The notes below the pieces were generated by a model. The model did not search any database. It was not told the DNA's origin and saw nothing but the letters and a program-made list of their open reading frames with translations. 64,000 nucleotides of DNA, from positions 64,001-128,000 of IMG/VR virus record IMGVR_UViG_3300045988_075249; one strand, 5' to 3'. The DNA comes from a virus. A program made the position numbers and the translations under genes. Positions 48,382-60,086 of this stretch are shown here, in pieces (position 1 is the stretch's first letter; the number at the start of each line of letters is the position of its first letter).

Positions 48382-49635
48382 TTAAATACTGCTCTTAGCA
48401 GTCTCACGAATTGCTTTTACCCAATCAGGAACATTATCTGTCTCTGGATGCTCCAAATTGAAAAGTCCTTTTGGGGTCTTATCATCTTCTTCATGTTTAT
48501 CCTCAAGGTTAAAGTTTACCTTATTTCTAACACAAAGAATAGATAACTTAGCTTCAATATCATCTAAAGAATAAGTGTCAATATGCTCCACGACATCTTT
48601 CTTATCATCATCGCTAAGCATATAGAAACTATCAATCATTTGTTGCTTATTTTGACGTTCAGCTTTGAGCTTAAACTCTTTCAATTCAGCAACTTCGGTA
48701 TCTAGAGTATTCTTCTCTTGCTCAAGAGCAGAATATTTACCCTCTAATTCATTAAATTTAGCAAGCAACTCTGTATATTCGGTTACATCTTCGAGATTGT
48801 ACTTGCCTTTCTTATCCTTATCCTCTTTTCCCTCTTTCTCAGGGGCAGGAGTTCCAGAAGAATTTTCTTTCTCCTTGTTTTTATCCTCTGGATTAGGATT
48901 ATTTTTCTCGAATTCGGTAAGTGCTTTATTCTCATTATCCATAGGTTCTTGAGAGCCTCCTTTATTAAAAGTTTCTTTTAATTGATCCATCATAGAGTAT
49001 ACCATAGTTTTAAGTTTCTAAAACTCTTGATTACCCTCTAAAGAAAATTGAGAACTAAATTGAGCTCCCTCGAAACAAGGCTCAACATTTTCTCCGAGAA
49101 CACATAATTTCTCAATCAATGCTTCATTGTAGATAAAGATTCTTTCATTTGTTTTTTCATCTTTTGTCCAAAATCCTGATTGATTTTTTTCATTTAATTC
49201 CATAGAATGATTGTTTCCATTTTCTAAAATTCTCTTAGATTCTGGATAAACACCAGTCCAAATATATACATCAGTAACTAGATATTCTCTTTCTACACCT
49301 TCATCATTGAACTTCTAAAACCATACATTAGCGTTATCTGGAACAAATCCATAAGGTCTTGTTACATCAACAATAGCAAACTTGCCGTCTTTAATATCAA
49401 TCGCTCTATTGTGACCTTCAAAATCCTTTGTCTCTTGATTAAAATAGCCAACAATAGGACTTCCCGGCAATTTACGCCCCATCTCTATAGCTACTTCCTT
49501 GGTAATCACTGTATGATTGCGGTTTGGCTGTTGACCAACATAACAAACTTTACAAACGCCTTTACTAACTAGAGGAGAAATCTAAGTGTTCTAAATATAC
49601 TCCATTGTGTTTAAAATAGGAACACTAATATGCAA
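48382..49635 (-). CDS. Prohead protease-like N-terminal domain fused in frame to an acidic coiled-coil scaffolding domain. 2 TAGs.
   Basis: Track ORFs 49315..49509, 49018..49203 and 48382..49005 share one frame. 1254 nt = 418 codons from TTG 49635 (RBS aaggaggg) to TAA 48382-48384. Confidence 0.55.
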
Positions 49636-49649
49636 GTTCAATCCCTCCT

Positions 49650-51152
49650 TTATGACGAACTTTCTTGATTAGCTATTGTCTTATCAGACTTTTCGCCATC
49701 TTCCTTCTTTGGCCTTCCGGCCCCATTACTGTTAGTTGAACTTGTCTATTTATTCTAAGAATTAGTATTAGATGACTAATTATTATTACCCAAATCTTTT
49801 CCGCTTCTGGTATTAGAACTCATAGGAGGAATCATAATCTCCGCCAAGTTCAATACTTCATTCTCAAATGTTAATGTAGCTAAGATGCTTGATTGAGAAT
49901 GCCCTAAAGCGATTTGTGGCAACATCTTAGAATATCCTAACTGAGCGTGTTCTTTATACAACTTTGATAATTCTTTATAATTAAACTATGTTGTCTCTAA
50001 CATCTCAGCTCTAAATTCATAATGATTCTTGCGGCTAAATTTTTCTACCACTCTATTTAGTAATTCTGTAAACATAAGAGGTATATCTCTAACGCTAGAT
50101 TCATCAGTCAATATAGAATTTGTTACAGCAATATTTCCATCGGCATTAAACAAATTATGAGTTACACCTGAATTGTTGTAAACTGTACGTTCAACCTTTT
50201 CCAAATCGTCGGTTGTTATATTGGAGTTATTGTCTTTTGTATCAATTTTTTCAATGTCCGCAAAAGTTGTCAATACATCTACTCCAATAGCTCTTTTAAG
50301 CATAGCAACCGCGTTATTATGAATATCTCTAGCTTCATCAACGTCAAAAATTAAATCACCATTCTTATCAAGAGGCAACTTCTAAATGATGATTTTCAAT
50401 AGTTGCTACATTGTTTTTTGACGATCCAATTCTTGCGCCTAATCCAAATCAATAATAGAAGGAATAACTCCCGCAAGGAAAGGAAATTCATTATCGTTTA
50501 AGCTAAACTTAACTGAAACACTAGGATCTAGAGGATACCAAACAGTTGTACTCCCCGGATAATCCCCCTTTAATTTCCCCTACTTATAAAGAATATAAGC
50601 CTTCTATATATCTTGAGGAAAAATCTTTAATATCTGAACCTTATACTGCGGATTTGGGAAATAAACATCAAAAAATTCAAGATTTAATTCAACAATAGGG
50701 TTAGGGCCTTGGAAATATCTATTGCGACAATATGAAGCAGGTAGTTTCTAAATGGCAAACCTATCCCCGAAGTCAATAATTATGCCATAATATGCCCCTT
50801 CTTTGATAATATCTAATGATATATTGCCAAACATTCTCTTTATATTAGATTTATCAAGATAAAGCAATACTTTAGAAAAGTCTTTTAATAGCTTCTCCTT
50901 ATCTTTCTGCGCGCTTACGGTATATGGGGTTATATACCAATCAAATCTGTATAAGAAAGCTAGGTATTTACATAATCTGTAATATATACCACTACTTTCA
51001 TAGAAATAATTAGAAATCTCTCTTAGAGTTCTATAATCATGCTTATAGATAGCATTTAATACGAACTTCTTATCTCCATAATTTCTATTTATTTTCTTAT
51101 ATGTACCTAGATTAATAAGCGCATCATCTACCGAGCGAAGCCCCACCCGCAT
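49650..51152 (-). CDS. Portal protein. ~4 TAGs.
   Basis: Track ORFs 50748..51152, 49986..50378 and 49776..49961 are in one frame. 1503 nt = 501 codons to TAA 49650-49652. Confidence 0.65.
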
Positions 51153-51295
51153 CTTAGCATAATCAACGCTCTTATAATCTAAGTCGTCCTCTTCCTCTTG
51201 CTACTAATAGCGAGTAACGTCTTGATTTAATAAATCAAAACCTTTGGCTCTAATACTTTCTTGTCTACTCTTTAACAAAATATCACCTCCCGGAT

Positions 51296-51652
51296 TCAGT
51301 ATCCAGCCTTGCTCATTAAGTAATCATAAGAGATGATATTTTCCTCGGTATAGGGAACTTCTATAAGCGTAATTCCTTTTAAGGCACAAAATCTACGCTT
51401 TTGATTATCATTATATTTCTATTGATATAATCCTCTATTTCCACCAAATTTACTTACAGCCTAATAGTGCTATTTTCCTTGATATTCAATTAAAAAATCA
51501 AGATTTCCATCGTCATCAAAAACAGCAAAATCAAAACGAAGTGGTCTACCGCTTGGCGCTTTTAACCCAGGAAATTCATACTCTTCTTTAAAGTTTATGC
51601 CATTTTGCTCTAGTATTTCATGAATTTTAATTTCTCCACGACTAGCTTTCAT
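51296..51652 (-). CDS. Restriction-endonuclease-fold (DUF559/Vsr-like) homing-type nuclease. 3 TAGs.
   Basis: ..RFDFAVFDDDGNLDFLIEYQGKQHY.. motif. 357 nt = 119 codons from ATG 51652 to TGA 51296-51298. Located directly downstream of the terminase large subunit gene. Confidence 0.45.
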
Positions 51653-51654
51653 AC

Positions 51655-53400
51655 TCACACCTCGCTCATAAACATAAAGTCTGAAAATCTTCTACTTTTA
51701 CGCTTGCGTTTACTATCTTCTTCCTATTTAATATAATACAACCCATATTCAAGCGCAGAGAATTTATCTTTAGGCACGGATTTATTTGCTTGTTTCAAAA
51801 TAATATTCACGCCTTCATTTTCTTCTCGCAAATTCAGCATTTCTTCTCTTAATATAGAAGTTAAAGTGAACGGTTTTAAATATTCTGCCCGTTCTTCTGG
51901 TTTCATAGCCTAACCTTTTTTAGTACCAAGCAATTTATTTCTTGCGACTTTTTCATCAATCAAAAATCTAAGTTTTCCTGCTCTTAATTGTGTCTAAACA
52001 TTACTATGTGCCTCGGTATTAATAGGGGCGTTAGCCTTAATTTCATAAATAGCATCATATTCCGTATTCTCTGTTCTAAATCGTTTATACTCACCATCTT
52101 CATCATTGGCCACACCAAAGTCAGGAAAAACTTCATTGGTATCAGGCACTATCTAAGGCTTAACCATATAATCCATCAATCCGGCGCCAAGGCCATTACC
52201 GTCGATTACAATAATCTTAGCCTTATAATTATAATATAATCTCTTTAACTTAATTGCCTAGTCTTCAAAATGTTCATCGTCCATAGTATATATATTTACC
52301 AAAGACTTTATAGCAGGTCCTTGTGACTAAGGAGTTACCTTAAAGACACAAACAACAGATTGACATTTCTTTCTACCTACATCAACAGAAAGAACATAAT
52401 AAGCCTGTGCAGAAGATCTTCCAGACGATTCATATTCAGGCTAAAGAAGTTTTCTACTTCTATCAAAAGCATCTCCATTAAAGAAAGCATCTTCAACAGT
52501 TCCACTCCACTTAGATTCATACTCTCTATCGAATGAAGCTTCATTAAAAGTACCGTCCTATTTTAGTTCCTATACGAAATTGCGGGATTGCAATCCTACT
52601 AGTACAGGAATTCTCCATGTTCCGCCCATAACAATACTCTTTTCTGGTTCTAATATCATGCGTACAAGGAGAGTAATAAGTTTATTGTAGGGGAACGTAT
52701 TCTTCCATCCCGCAGTAGTAACATAAATCTAGGATTTATTGAGTGTTTCCTCTTCATGAACAGAACCATCTAAACATCTTCTATCAACGTTCATCAAGGG
52801 AATTAAAACTTCGTTTAGAATATCTCCATCTACGCCGACGCACTCCTCAATAAGTCCGCCATGTCTACGTTTACCACGAGAAGATTCTCTAGCTGCTACG
52901 TTATCAAAGTAGGAGCCGTTTTTGAAGATATATTTACAATAATCTTTTCCTTCCTATGTCTTACCTCGTCTCCAATCAATTTCTCTTTGGAGCGCGGGGA
53001 TTGCATTACATATTTCCTAGACTTTTTCTTTAGCAATTCCAGCTGCTTGTTCCTTTCCTCCAGAAGTAATGAATAACTTACATCCGGGATATAAAATACA
53101 TCTACACATAAGCACCGTTACAGAAAGAAATGACTTAGAATAAGCACGGGGGAATACCATGTATACATACTTATACCGCATTGCGGCCCGCAAGAAAACT
53201 CTCTAGTAAAAATAAAAGTTAATTTCTTTTTTCCTAGTTTCATCCCCACCAGTCTGCAAGAAATCAATAAACATATCTGGATATTCTCTCCAAAAAGCTA
53301 TATACTATCTTGCCGCGGGGATTATGGCTCGAACTCTTTCTTCTGAAAGACCAATCTTTTTATTATTATTCGAGAGGTTTAATAAATCTTTTAATGCCAT
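51655..53400 (-). CDS. terL: Terminase large subunit. ~15 TAGs.
   Basis: RBS aaggagg plus ATG 53400. 1746 nt = 582 codons to TGA 51655-51657. ATPase-like N-terminal domain and RNaseH-like nuclease region (..VLSVDVGRKK..KAKIIVIDGNGLGAGLMDY..). Confidence 0.7.
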
Positions 53401-54575
53401 TACTAAACCTCCTTTAGTATGCTATTTAGCATCTCTTCATCCTTATCTCTTTCGGATTCTTTCATATCCTCATACTCTTGATAATCTTCTTCTGTTAATT
53501 CTGGATGTTCATAATTAAATAAATCTTCATCCTCATCGCTATCCTCAACATCAATATTCGCTTCGCGCTCTTTATCTTTCACGATTTCTCTCAAAGAAGC
53601 CTCAATCATATTACCAAGATTCATTTCTTCTGTAACTAGAGTATGCGTATATTGCTACAAATCCTAAAGAGTTCTATCTACTTTATCCTATGGCCCATCA
53701 GTATAATATCTAGGAATAAATCCTTCTTTCTCACATAATGCTACCAGCTCGCCAATAGAATCAACAAATTCGCCGGATTCTCCCTTATTCTAAGCGGCAG
53801 TGAACTTTCCGCTTTTCATTAAGCTATCATAGGCCTTCTACATTTTCTAAAAGCCATCAATATCTCCAGCATCAATTAACTAATTCGCTTTCAAACTAGT
53901 CTTGCATACCATAATAAGAGTATCTTTATGTCCAGCTCCCTAAATATCATATGAACTCATCATATCCTTATAGAGCTACTCCATTCGCACTCTTTCTTCC
54001 CAAGAATAACCTCGACCCCATTTAAGACGAAGCATTAATTTATCTTCTTCTGTTAGCTAATCGCTAAAGTCATCTTCTTCCTCTTCTGGATCTTGATATT
54101 CTGGAGTTCCAACTGGAGCCTAAACATCTTCTAACTCCTTTGGTTTTGGCGGAGTTCTATCAATAGCTAATTGCTCTTGAATTTCATCCTCTGTAAATCC
54201 TTGAGCTTTCATATTAAGAACTTTTTTCTCAGTTGAATCCTTCTCTAGTGCCTCTGTATCTGCCCAAGTATATTTATTCCATTGTTTTAATTTCATTTTG
54301 GATAAATAGCGTCCAATAATAGTTAATCCAGTAACCTTTTTTGGATCTTTTCCATACCTCTCTAATAAGCCATTCCACTCTTCTTTGATGTATGGAACAT
54401 CAATTTCCTACAAAATCCACTTATATGTCTCTGGATTCCAGTTGTCTACGTGCATCGTAAGACATTTCTTACAGACATCCATCTTTCCATCTGGAGGATA
54501 TTTTTCTATATTCTTTGATGTATAAAACTATGTATCATCCATAGTTTTACCACACTTTTTACAATAATGACTCAC
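53400..54575 (-). CDS. Putative DNA-packaging / terminase small subunit candidate: N-terminal double CxxC Zn ribbon, highly acidic C-terminus. ~14 TAGs.
   Basis: GTG 54575 (RBS aagagg). 1176 nt = 392 codons to TAA 53400-53402, overlapping the terL ATG. The terminase assignment rests on position and charge only. Confidence 0.35.
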
Positions 54576-54580
54576 TATAA

Positions 54581-55666
54581 TCAACCTCTTTTCTTGTTAC
54601 GACACTTCTTACAAATACTATATAAATTATCTTTACTTGTCTTATTTTTTGAAAAGAATTGATTATGAGCTGGCTTTAATTGCCCACACTTAGAACATTT
54701 TTTCATTGGATAATTTCTGTTTTTATACTACCAATATAAAAAATCCTCTAGGGCGGCTTCGGCTATCAATTTAGGAATTTTATTTCTCCATAAACTGGAG
54801 ATATATTCCACGCTATATGTTTTTCCGAACTCTTCATTTAATATTTCCTATATCTCATTATTCTGCTTTTTATCAATCTTTAACTCAACAATTCGTAAAT
54901 AGATTGGAAAATCCTCAAGAGCTTTATCGCATATCTCTTCAAACGCTTGAATTAGATACCACGTATCCCCATCGAACTAATCATAACTATCTTCTTTTAA
55001 TTTTGAATAATTGCATAAAATAGCAGAAACTACATTTGGATCCATTAAGGAAATACCTTTAACGACTACTTCCTATCCATTAAGATAACTTTCATCATCA
55101 AGAGGTATATGTGTTCTTGTATTTCTTGTTAGCTTACAAGGAACTATAGGCTTTTGATATGCCTATTTAATAATATACTAATCTTTTCGCATTTCTATCA
55201 ATGCTTTTTTCATCATATAAGCTTGTTTCGTTCCCGCGGCGCGTTTCAAGGCACCTTCCCAAGCATTAATGGTTTCTCTTAACTATTTTAAACATGGTAT
55301 AGAATCTAAATCTTTCTGTGTAATAGAAATCTTTGGCTAAAATATAACATTTTTATTATCTGACATTAAACCATAAATGCCATCCTCGCCATTTTCCATC
55401 TATGAAGCGAGTCCCTCAAAAGAACATTCTCGTTTATTGACGGTGGCCATTCGGTTATCAGTCAATATGTTCTTCTCTTTCTTCTCTTGTTTCTCCATAC
55501 ATAGAACTAAATAATCTGCTAATACTTCTAAATAACCTGGAGTTAAATCAGGATTTTCTGCGATTATTTTTTCGACAAGCGCCTTGCGCTCTTCGGGAGA
55601 TTCAATCGTATAGTCTAATTTTATCATATACTGGTTCATCTCCTTTTTATACTCATATAATAACAA
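54581..55666 (-). CDS. Hypothetical protein with C-terminal CxxC..CxxC Zn ribbon, possible regulator. ~9 TAGs. True start may be an internal ATG near 55627.
   Basis: 1086 nt = 362 codons from track ORF start 55666 to TGA 54581-54583. Confidence 0.4.
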
Positions 55667-55692
55667 AAAAAAACTAGATTGTCAAATCTTAT

Positions 55693-55721
55693 TTGACCAA
55701 TGTTTTTTAAAATGGTATAAT
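55693..55721 (+). promoter_or_regulatory. Sigma70-like promoter TTGACC-17-TATAAT driving the plus-strand folD block.
   Basis: Consensus hexamers with 17-nt spacing seen in sequence, 34 nt upstream of RBS gggagg. Confidence 0.55.
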
Positions 55722-55754
55722 TTAAATATAATAAATAGGGAGGTTTTTAATAAA

Positions 55755-56093
55755 ATGTTTTTCGATACACCCTATTCTGAATTACCAAAACGAGCATAGT
55801 ATTACTTTAACATTTTAATTATAAGCATAGCAGTATAGCCAGAAGTTCTAACAGACATACTTGGACATAAAAACACTGTTGACTTATGGGATGTTCAAAA
55901 TATCAATAATGCAAGACCAACGGCTTTGCATATTTATGCTTCATATAATTTAGATAGAGATTCTGATTATGAAATATGTTGTATCCCACATTAGGTTTTA
56001 GAAATAACGCCTAATAACAAAATATCATTCTATGATATGATTGATTATGATACTGATGATCCATGGGGGCTAGAACCAGATGCAATAGATTAA
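55755..56093 (+). CDS. Hypothetical protein. 3 TAGs.
   Basis: RBS gggagg plus ATG 55755. 339 nt to TAA 56091-56093. Confidence 0.45.
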
Positions 56094-56871
56094 CATAAAA
56101 GAATATTTTAAACAATAGAAAGATGAATTGCGGCAGTCCGATGTCAAGCCATCATTGACCATAATTGATGCAACTAACGGGGATGCCGGAAATTAGATTT
56201 ATATATAGAAAAAAGTAGACGACTTTGATGAATTAGGATGGCCAGTAAGCGTGATTAAAGTTCCAGAACACTGGACTCCCGCAGATTTAAATAATTACAT
56301 AAATAGTATAGATACTGATTGTATTATAGCACAAATGCCACTAAGAGATTCATTGAGTTCTTTTTCTATTGATGTAATTCCTACGATAAAAGACTGCGAC
56401 GGTTTAACTTCTTCTACTCTTGTTTTACCGGCAACGGTAAGAGGAATAGTAGACTATCTTGATGACTGTGGTTTTAAGTATGAAGGTAAAAGTGCTTTAA
56501 TATTAGGTAGAAGTAATATAGTTGGTAAGCCAATGGCGAAAGAGTTGTTGGCGAGAAATATGACTGTATCTATCTGTCACAGTAAAACAAATGTAAATGC
56601 GAAGCTTTATTTAGCAAGAATAGCAGATTTAGTAGTATCCGCAGTTGGAGATTTTACTTTGACAAGAGAGGCTTGCCCTCACGCTATTGTTGTTGATGTT
56701 GGTATTCGTAGAAATTAGGCGAATTTTATTCAAGGCGATTTTGTTGAACTTGAAGATATTGCAAAGAGAAATGAAGTGTGGTCAACTCCTGTGCCCGGAG
56801 GGGTGGGATTATTGACTAGATTGGGGTTGATGAAAAATTGCTTATAGTTAGCGAAACAGGCGCGAAGATAA
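56080..56871 (+). CDS. folD: Bifunctional methylenetetrahydrofolate dehydrogenase/cyclohydrolase. ~7 in-frame TAGs.
   Basis: Track ORF 56251..56718 is the C-terminal domain (..GRSNIVGKPMA..VVDVGI..). Read-through gives the N-terminus MQ*INIKEYFKQ*KDEL..AGN*IYI*KK.. and C-terminus ..VPGGVGLLT..KNCL*LAK. These align with E. coli FolD AQQ, ASQIY and TLQAC, with * on Q each time. Confidence 0.8.
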
Positions 56872-57230
56872 TGAAATTCTCAGAAGATTTTGATAATTAT
56901 GCTAGAGAGGTTCTTCATATTGAAAATCCTTTTCGAGAATTTTATCGTACACAGGATTCAACATTTAAGACTAATATTGATGGCAGCATAACAGTAGATA
57001 TGGAGAAATCCAGAGAAATATACAGAGAAACAAAAATAAATAGAGAAGAATGGGTAAAGCTGAGGAATAGATATATCGCAGAAAGAATATTGCGAGAACT
57101 CGGGTATGAAGTCCTATTAGCTTCGTCTTATTTTGAGGATTACCCTGATGCAATTCCCTGTGATGGAGCTACAGGACAGTGTTTACTAGATTGTAGAATA
57201 AAGGGGTGTAAATATGAACCCATGCATTGA
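56871..57230 (+). CDS. Hypothetical protein.
   Basis: ATG 56871 overlaps the folD TAA. Track ORF 56838..57230 is in the same frame. Confidence 0.45.
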   Translation: MKFSEDFDNYAREVLHIENPFREFYRTQDSTFKTNIDGSITVDMEKSREIYRETKINREEWVKLRNRYIAERILRELGYEVLLASSYFEDYPDAIPCDGATGQCLLDCRIKGCKYEPMH

Positions 57231-57375
57231 TTATTGTTATCTTAGATTGCATCAATAGTATGATCCAATTAGATGCGATGATTCATGCGAATATGCAAAA
57301 GTAATAAAAGAAAACAAAGAGTTAAAGTAGAAGATCGAGGAATTAAAAACTCAACACACTTTATTTGAAAAATAA
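57214..57375 (+). CDS. Small Cys-rich protein (53 aa). 2 TAGs.
   Basis: ATG 57214. 162 nt to TAA 57373-57375. Confidence 0.3.
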
Positions 57376-57433
57376 AATAAGACAATTATTTAATTTTGCC
57401 CAACGGCGTTTTTATAAAAGGAGGCCGCGATGA

Positions 57434-57958
57434 CAAAACAAGAGCGCAATCAAGGCACGAGCGCATTATGAAGATATTAAAACTAGACTTGCCGCAAACA
57501 CTAAATTATCTATCGAGCGCACATATGTATATAGTCCAGATTCTTTTACACAGCATGAATCCGGCAATCAGAAACCAGCTTTTACTCTAACAGATATGGA
57601 TAGCGTATTCAACTTATCTGACAATGGTAGAACAGCAATTCTTAACTATGCCAGTTATAAAAGTCCTGGTGGTTTCTTCCTAGAAGGTAGTCCTGCGCAT
57701 AGATACCAGAGTGTGAGTAAAAGCGAGAATGATAGAGTTCTTGAAAATCGAATTCACTTTATGTATCAGATTGCTGAGGAAAACGGTGTGGAAAATCTAG
57801 TCGCGGGAGCTTGGGGTTGTGGAGTTTTTATGCAGGATCCGTACACGGTCGCAACCTTACTCATAGGCGCAGCACGCAATTATAATATTCCAAATATTTA
57901 TTTTGCAATTCCCAGAATTTTAGAGCATAAACAGTTAATTATAGCTAGAAAAGATTGA
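57434..57958 (+). CDS. Macro-domain protein (TIGR02452/DUF2263-like). N-terminal region is out of frame with its RBS-associated ATG at 57430.
   Basis: Track ORF 57596..57958 has 54 further protein-like in-frame codons upstream to TGA 57431-57433. RBS aaaggagg plus ATG 57430 is in the +1 frame and stops after 13 codons. One fewer A in the A4 run at 57435-57438 would fuse them. Confidence 0.5.
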   Translation, partial: QNKSAIKARAHYEDIKTRLAANTKLSIERTYVYSPDSFTQHESGNQKPAFTLTDMDSVFNLSDNGRTAILNYASYKSPGGFFLEGSPAHRYQSVSKSENDRVLENRIHFMYQIAEENGVENLVAGAWGCGVFMQDPYTVATLLIGAARNYNIPNIYFAIPRILEHKQLIIARKD

Positions 57959-58451
57959 AAAGATTCTTTGGGGAAGCAAAGAAGTGGTTCGGGAAAGAGA
58001 TGGCATTATGGATATAAGTCTCGATACAGACTTATTCCATGATTGGAGAAACTAAAGTTGTTTGCCGCGCGAAGAATAAAGATTACTTTTTGATTTATGA
58101 TGAGCTGTCCTGAAGGGACTGGATTTAGACCAATGGAAGCTGAGGAGATTTATACCATTAAGGGATATTTTTGCCCTAACTGTAAAGGTTAAAAGTTTAG
58201 CCTTTCATCTTTTTTTCGTTATTGAGATTGAAAGTGCGATTTAGATTTTGAAATGGCGTGGCAGAACGAATTTGCGAAAAAATTTCCAGTTTTTCCCAAA
58301 ATACACCCTCCCCTTTCACATGGTAAAGTGCTGAAGTGTAGTTGGCCTCTTTCGCTCGCTAAAGTATGAAAGTAAAAAGCCCCGCCCTAAAGGAATACGC
58401 GCGCGTAAAGAATTTGTGCAAAAGAGAGAGAAAGAAATTTCAAAAAAACTA

Positions 58452-58480
58452 TTGACAAGTGGGCGTTTTGGTGGTAAACT
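58452..58480 (+). promoter_or_regulatory. Sigma70-like promoter TTGACA-17-TAAACT overlapping the palindrome CTGGACTTGTCCAG (58479-58492).
   Basis: Seen in sequence. Confidence 0.45.
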
Positions 58481-58551
58481 GGACTTGTCCAGTAGAGGAC
58501 AGGGCAAAACTCAATGTACCTTGAAAATCAAAAATTTTTCAAAAAAAGGTA

Positions 58552-58580
58552 TTGACAAGCCCACTAAAGTCTGATACAAT
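58552..58580 (+). promoter_or_regulatory. Sigma70 consensus-like promoter TTGACA-17-TACAAT upstream of gene 58633.
   Basis: Seen in sequence. Followed by the conserved leader ..gaaagggagtaaaagaaaATG. Confidence 0.55.
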
Positions 58581-58632
58581 ACAGACAGAACAAAAGAGAA
58601 CCACACCACAAAAAGAAAGGGAGTAAAAGAAA

Positions 58633-59010
58633 ATGAAAAAAATCGACTTTACCAACGATGACAGAAAAGTCATCATGGAATACCTGGCCGCTAAACAGGC
58701 AGTAGCGGCGGCGGAGGTCGCAGAGAAAGCGGCTAAGGCTAAAGCGAAAGAGCTTTTCACCCGGTTAGGGAAAGAGTTCAAGACCACAGATAAGACCTCT
58801 TATCTGTACGGCACAGTCCAGATAAAGGGCGCCGCTTATGCGGTGGTATATAAAGAGACTACTGCTAAAGGAGCGATAGACTGGAAAGCCTACGCTATGG
58901 CGTTAGGTGGAACAAAGGCAGAGGCGGAGCAATACCGCAAGCGTCCGACGGTCAGAACCTCTCTTGATTGGGCAACGAAAGACCAGCAAAAAGAACTCAA
59001 TCAGCAGTAG
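58633..59010 (+). CDS. Hypothetical early protein (125 aa). Ends at TAG 59008-59010, directly followed by a terminator hairpin. Read-through would reach TGA 59089-59091.
   Basis: Track ORF. Strong RBS. Confidence 0.55.
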   Translation: MKKIDFTNDDRKVIMEYLAAKQAVAAAEVAEKAAKAKAKELFTRLGKEFKTTDKTSYLYGTVQIKGAAYAVVYKETTAKGAIDWKAYAMALGGTKAEAEQYRKRPTVRTSLDWATKDQQKELNQQ

Positions 59011-59011
59011 T

Positions 59012-59050
59012 TTATAAACCCTGCCTTGCAAAACCCAAGGCAAGGCAGGG
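59012..59050 (+). terminator. Hairpin ccctgccttg caaaaccc aaggcaaggcaggg.
   Basis: 12-bp stem seen in sequence. Confidence 0.5.
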
Positions 59051-59080
59051 TTATAATAATCAAAAGAAAGAAGGCTGTAT

Positions 59081-59231
59081 TATGAGGTATCAGTTGCAGG
59101 TTTTAGTGGGTGACAAAATGCGATACTATGAGCCGTCTACTGTTGCACACGCAAGATGGAGAGTAGACCATGAGCTTGTCAATCCTGACTATTGGATTGT
59201 AGACCTGTCTACCGGCGAAGCTATCAAGTAA
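59081..59231 (+). CDS. Hypothetical small protein (50 aa).
   Basis: ATG 59081 inside track ORF 58968..59231. Confidence 0.4.
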
Positions 59232-59286
59232 CCATATACCACAAGAAGCTGACCTAACGGCTATACGGGGAGAAAGGATAAAAGAT

Positions 59287-59673
59287 ATGTCTAACTTCAT
59301 CAAGTATTACACCAATCCCACCTTTAATAAGCCTGAGTTCGTGCGTGTTCTCCGTTACTCCATGAATGTGAAGGCGGCCGCTGTGGATGATGGTATCATC
59401 CTTGACTTAGACGCTTTTAATGCTATCTCTAAGGCCGTCATGCCACATTGGGCCTTTATCAATGCACGGTATATCAACAGCAAGCTTCACACTCGTCCTG
59501 CCTCTCTTGACGAGTATAAGGCCGCTCTGGATAAGGACACCACAGAACAGCTTTATATCATTCGGGATAACTATTATAATGAGTATGACAGGGTAACTGC
59601 CAAAGAATGGGATAGGCTTAATGCCGAAATCCCTGGACGGTATGACCTTCTGGGGAAGGAGCCTGCGGTATGA
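59287..59673 (+). CDS. Hypothetical protein (128 aa).
   Basis: Track ORF. Confidence 0.5.
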   Translation: MSNFIKYYTNPTFNKPEFVRVLRYSMNVKAAAVDDGIILDLDAFNAISKAVMPHWAFINARYINSKLHTRPASLDEYKAALDKDTTEQLYIIRDNYYNEYDRVTAKEWDRLNAEIPGRYDLLGKEPAV

Positions 59674-59880
59674 GAGTGCTACGGTATATAGGAGGCGGCC
59701 TTTGCGCCGCTCTCCTTCTCTGGATTGCTTTGAGCTGGGCTGACATAGTAGCAGATAACAACTATCCAAATCCACAGCATAGTGAGTATAACTTCTTTAC
59801 TGTGATGTTTTAATATTCTATCCGGTAATCTGCACAAAGATTGCCGGATATTTTTGTGCACTTTCCCATATTGACTTTTC

Positions 59881-59925
59881 GCCGGGCCGCCAGCGTGCGC
59901 CGCGGCCCGAATTTTTGTTTGTTCG
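59881..59925 (+). terminator. GC-rich terminator (cgggccgc ..gcgcc.. gcggcccg plus aatttttg).
   Basis: One of four paralogous GC-rich hairpin terminators (59881, 61461, 62858, 63766). Confidence 0.5.
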
Positions 59926-59991
59926 GCAGTTTCAACAATTATATGGCCAAAAGTTTGTGCAATCTGCCGAGAATTTTTCTCCCGAAATCGC

Positions 59992-60020
59992 TTGACATTC
60001 CTTTGTGGGTATGGTATATT
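59992..60020 (+). promoter_or_regulatory. Promoter TTGACA-17-TATATT.
   Basis: Paralogous to the promoter at 61573-61601 (shared ..aaatcgcttgac..ggtata.. context). Confidence 0.5.
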
Positions 60021-60086
60021 ATACTTGTCCAGAGAGACAGACCACAAAAAGAATTTGAAAGGAAGTAAAAGAAATGGTGTGACGTT

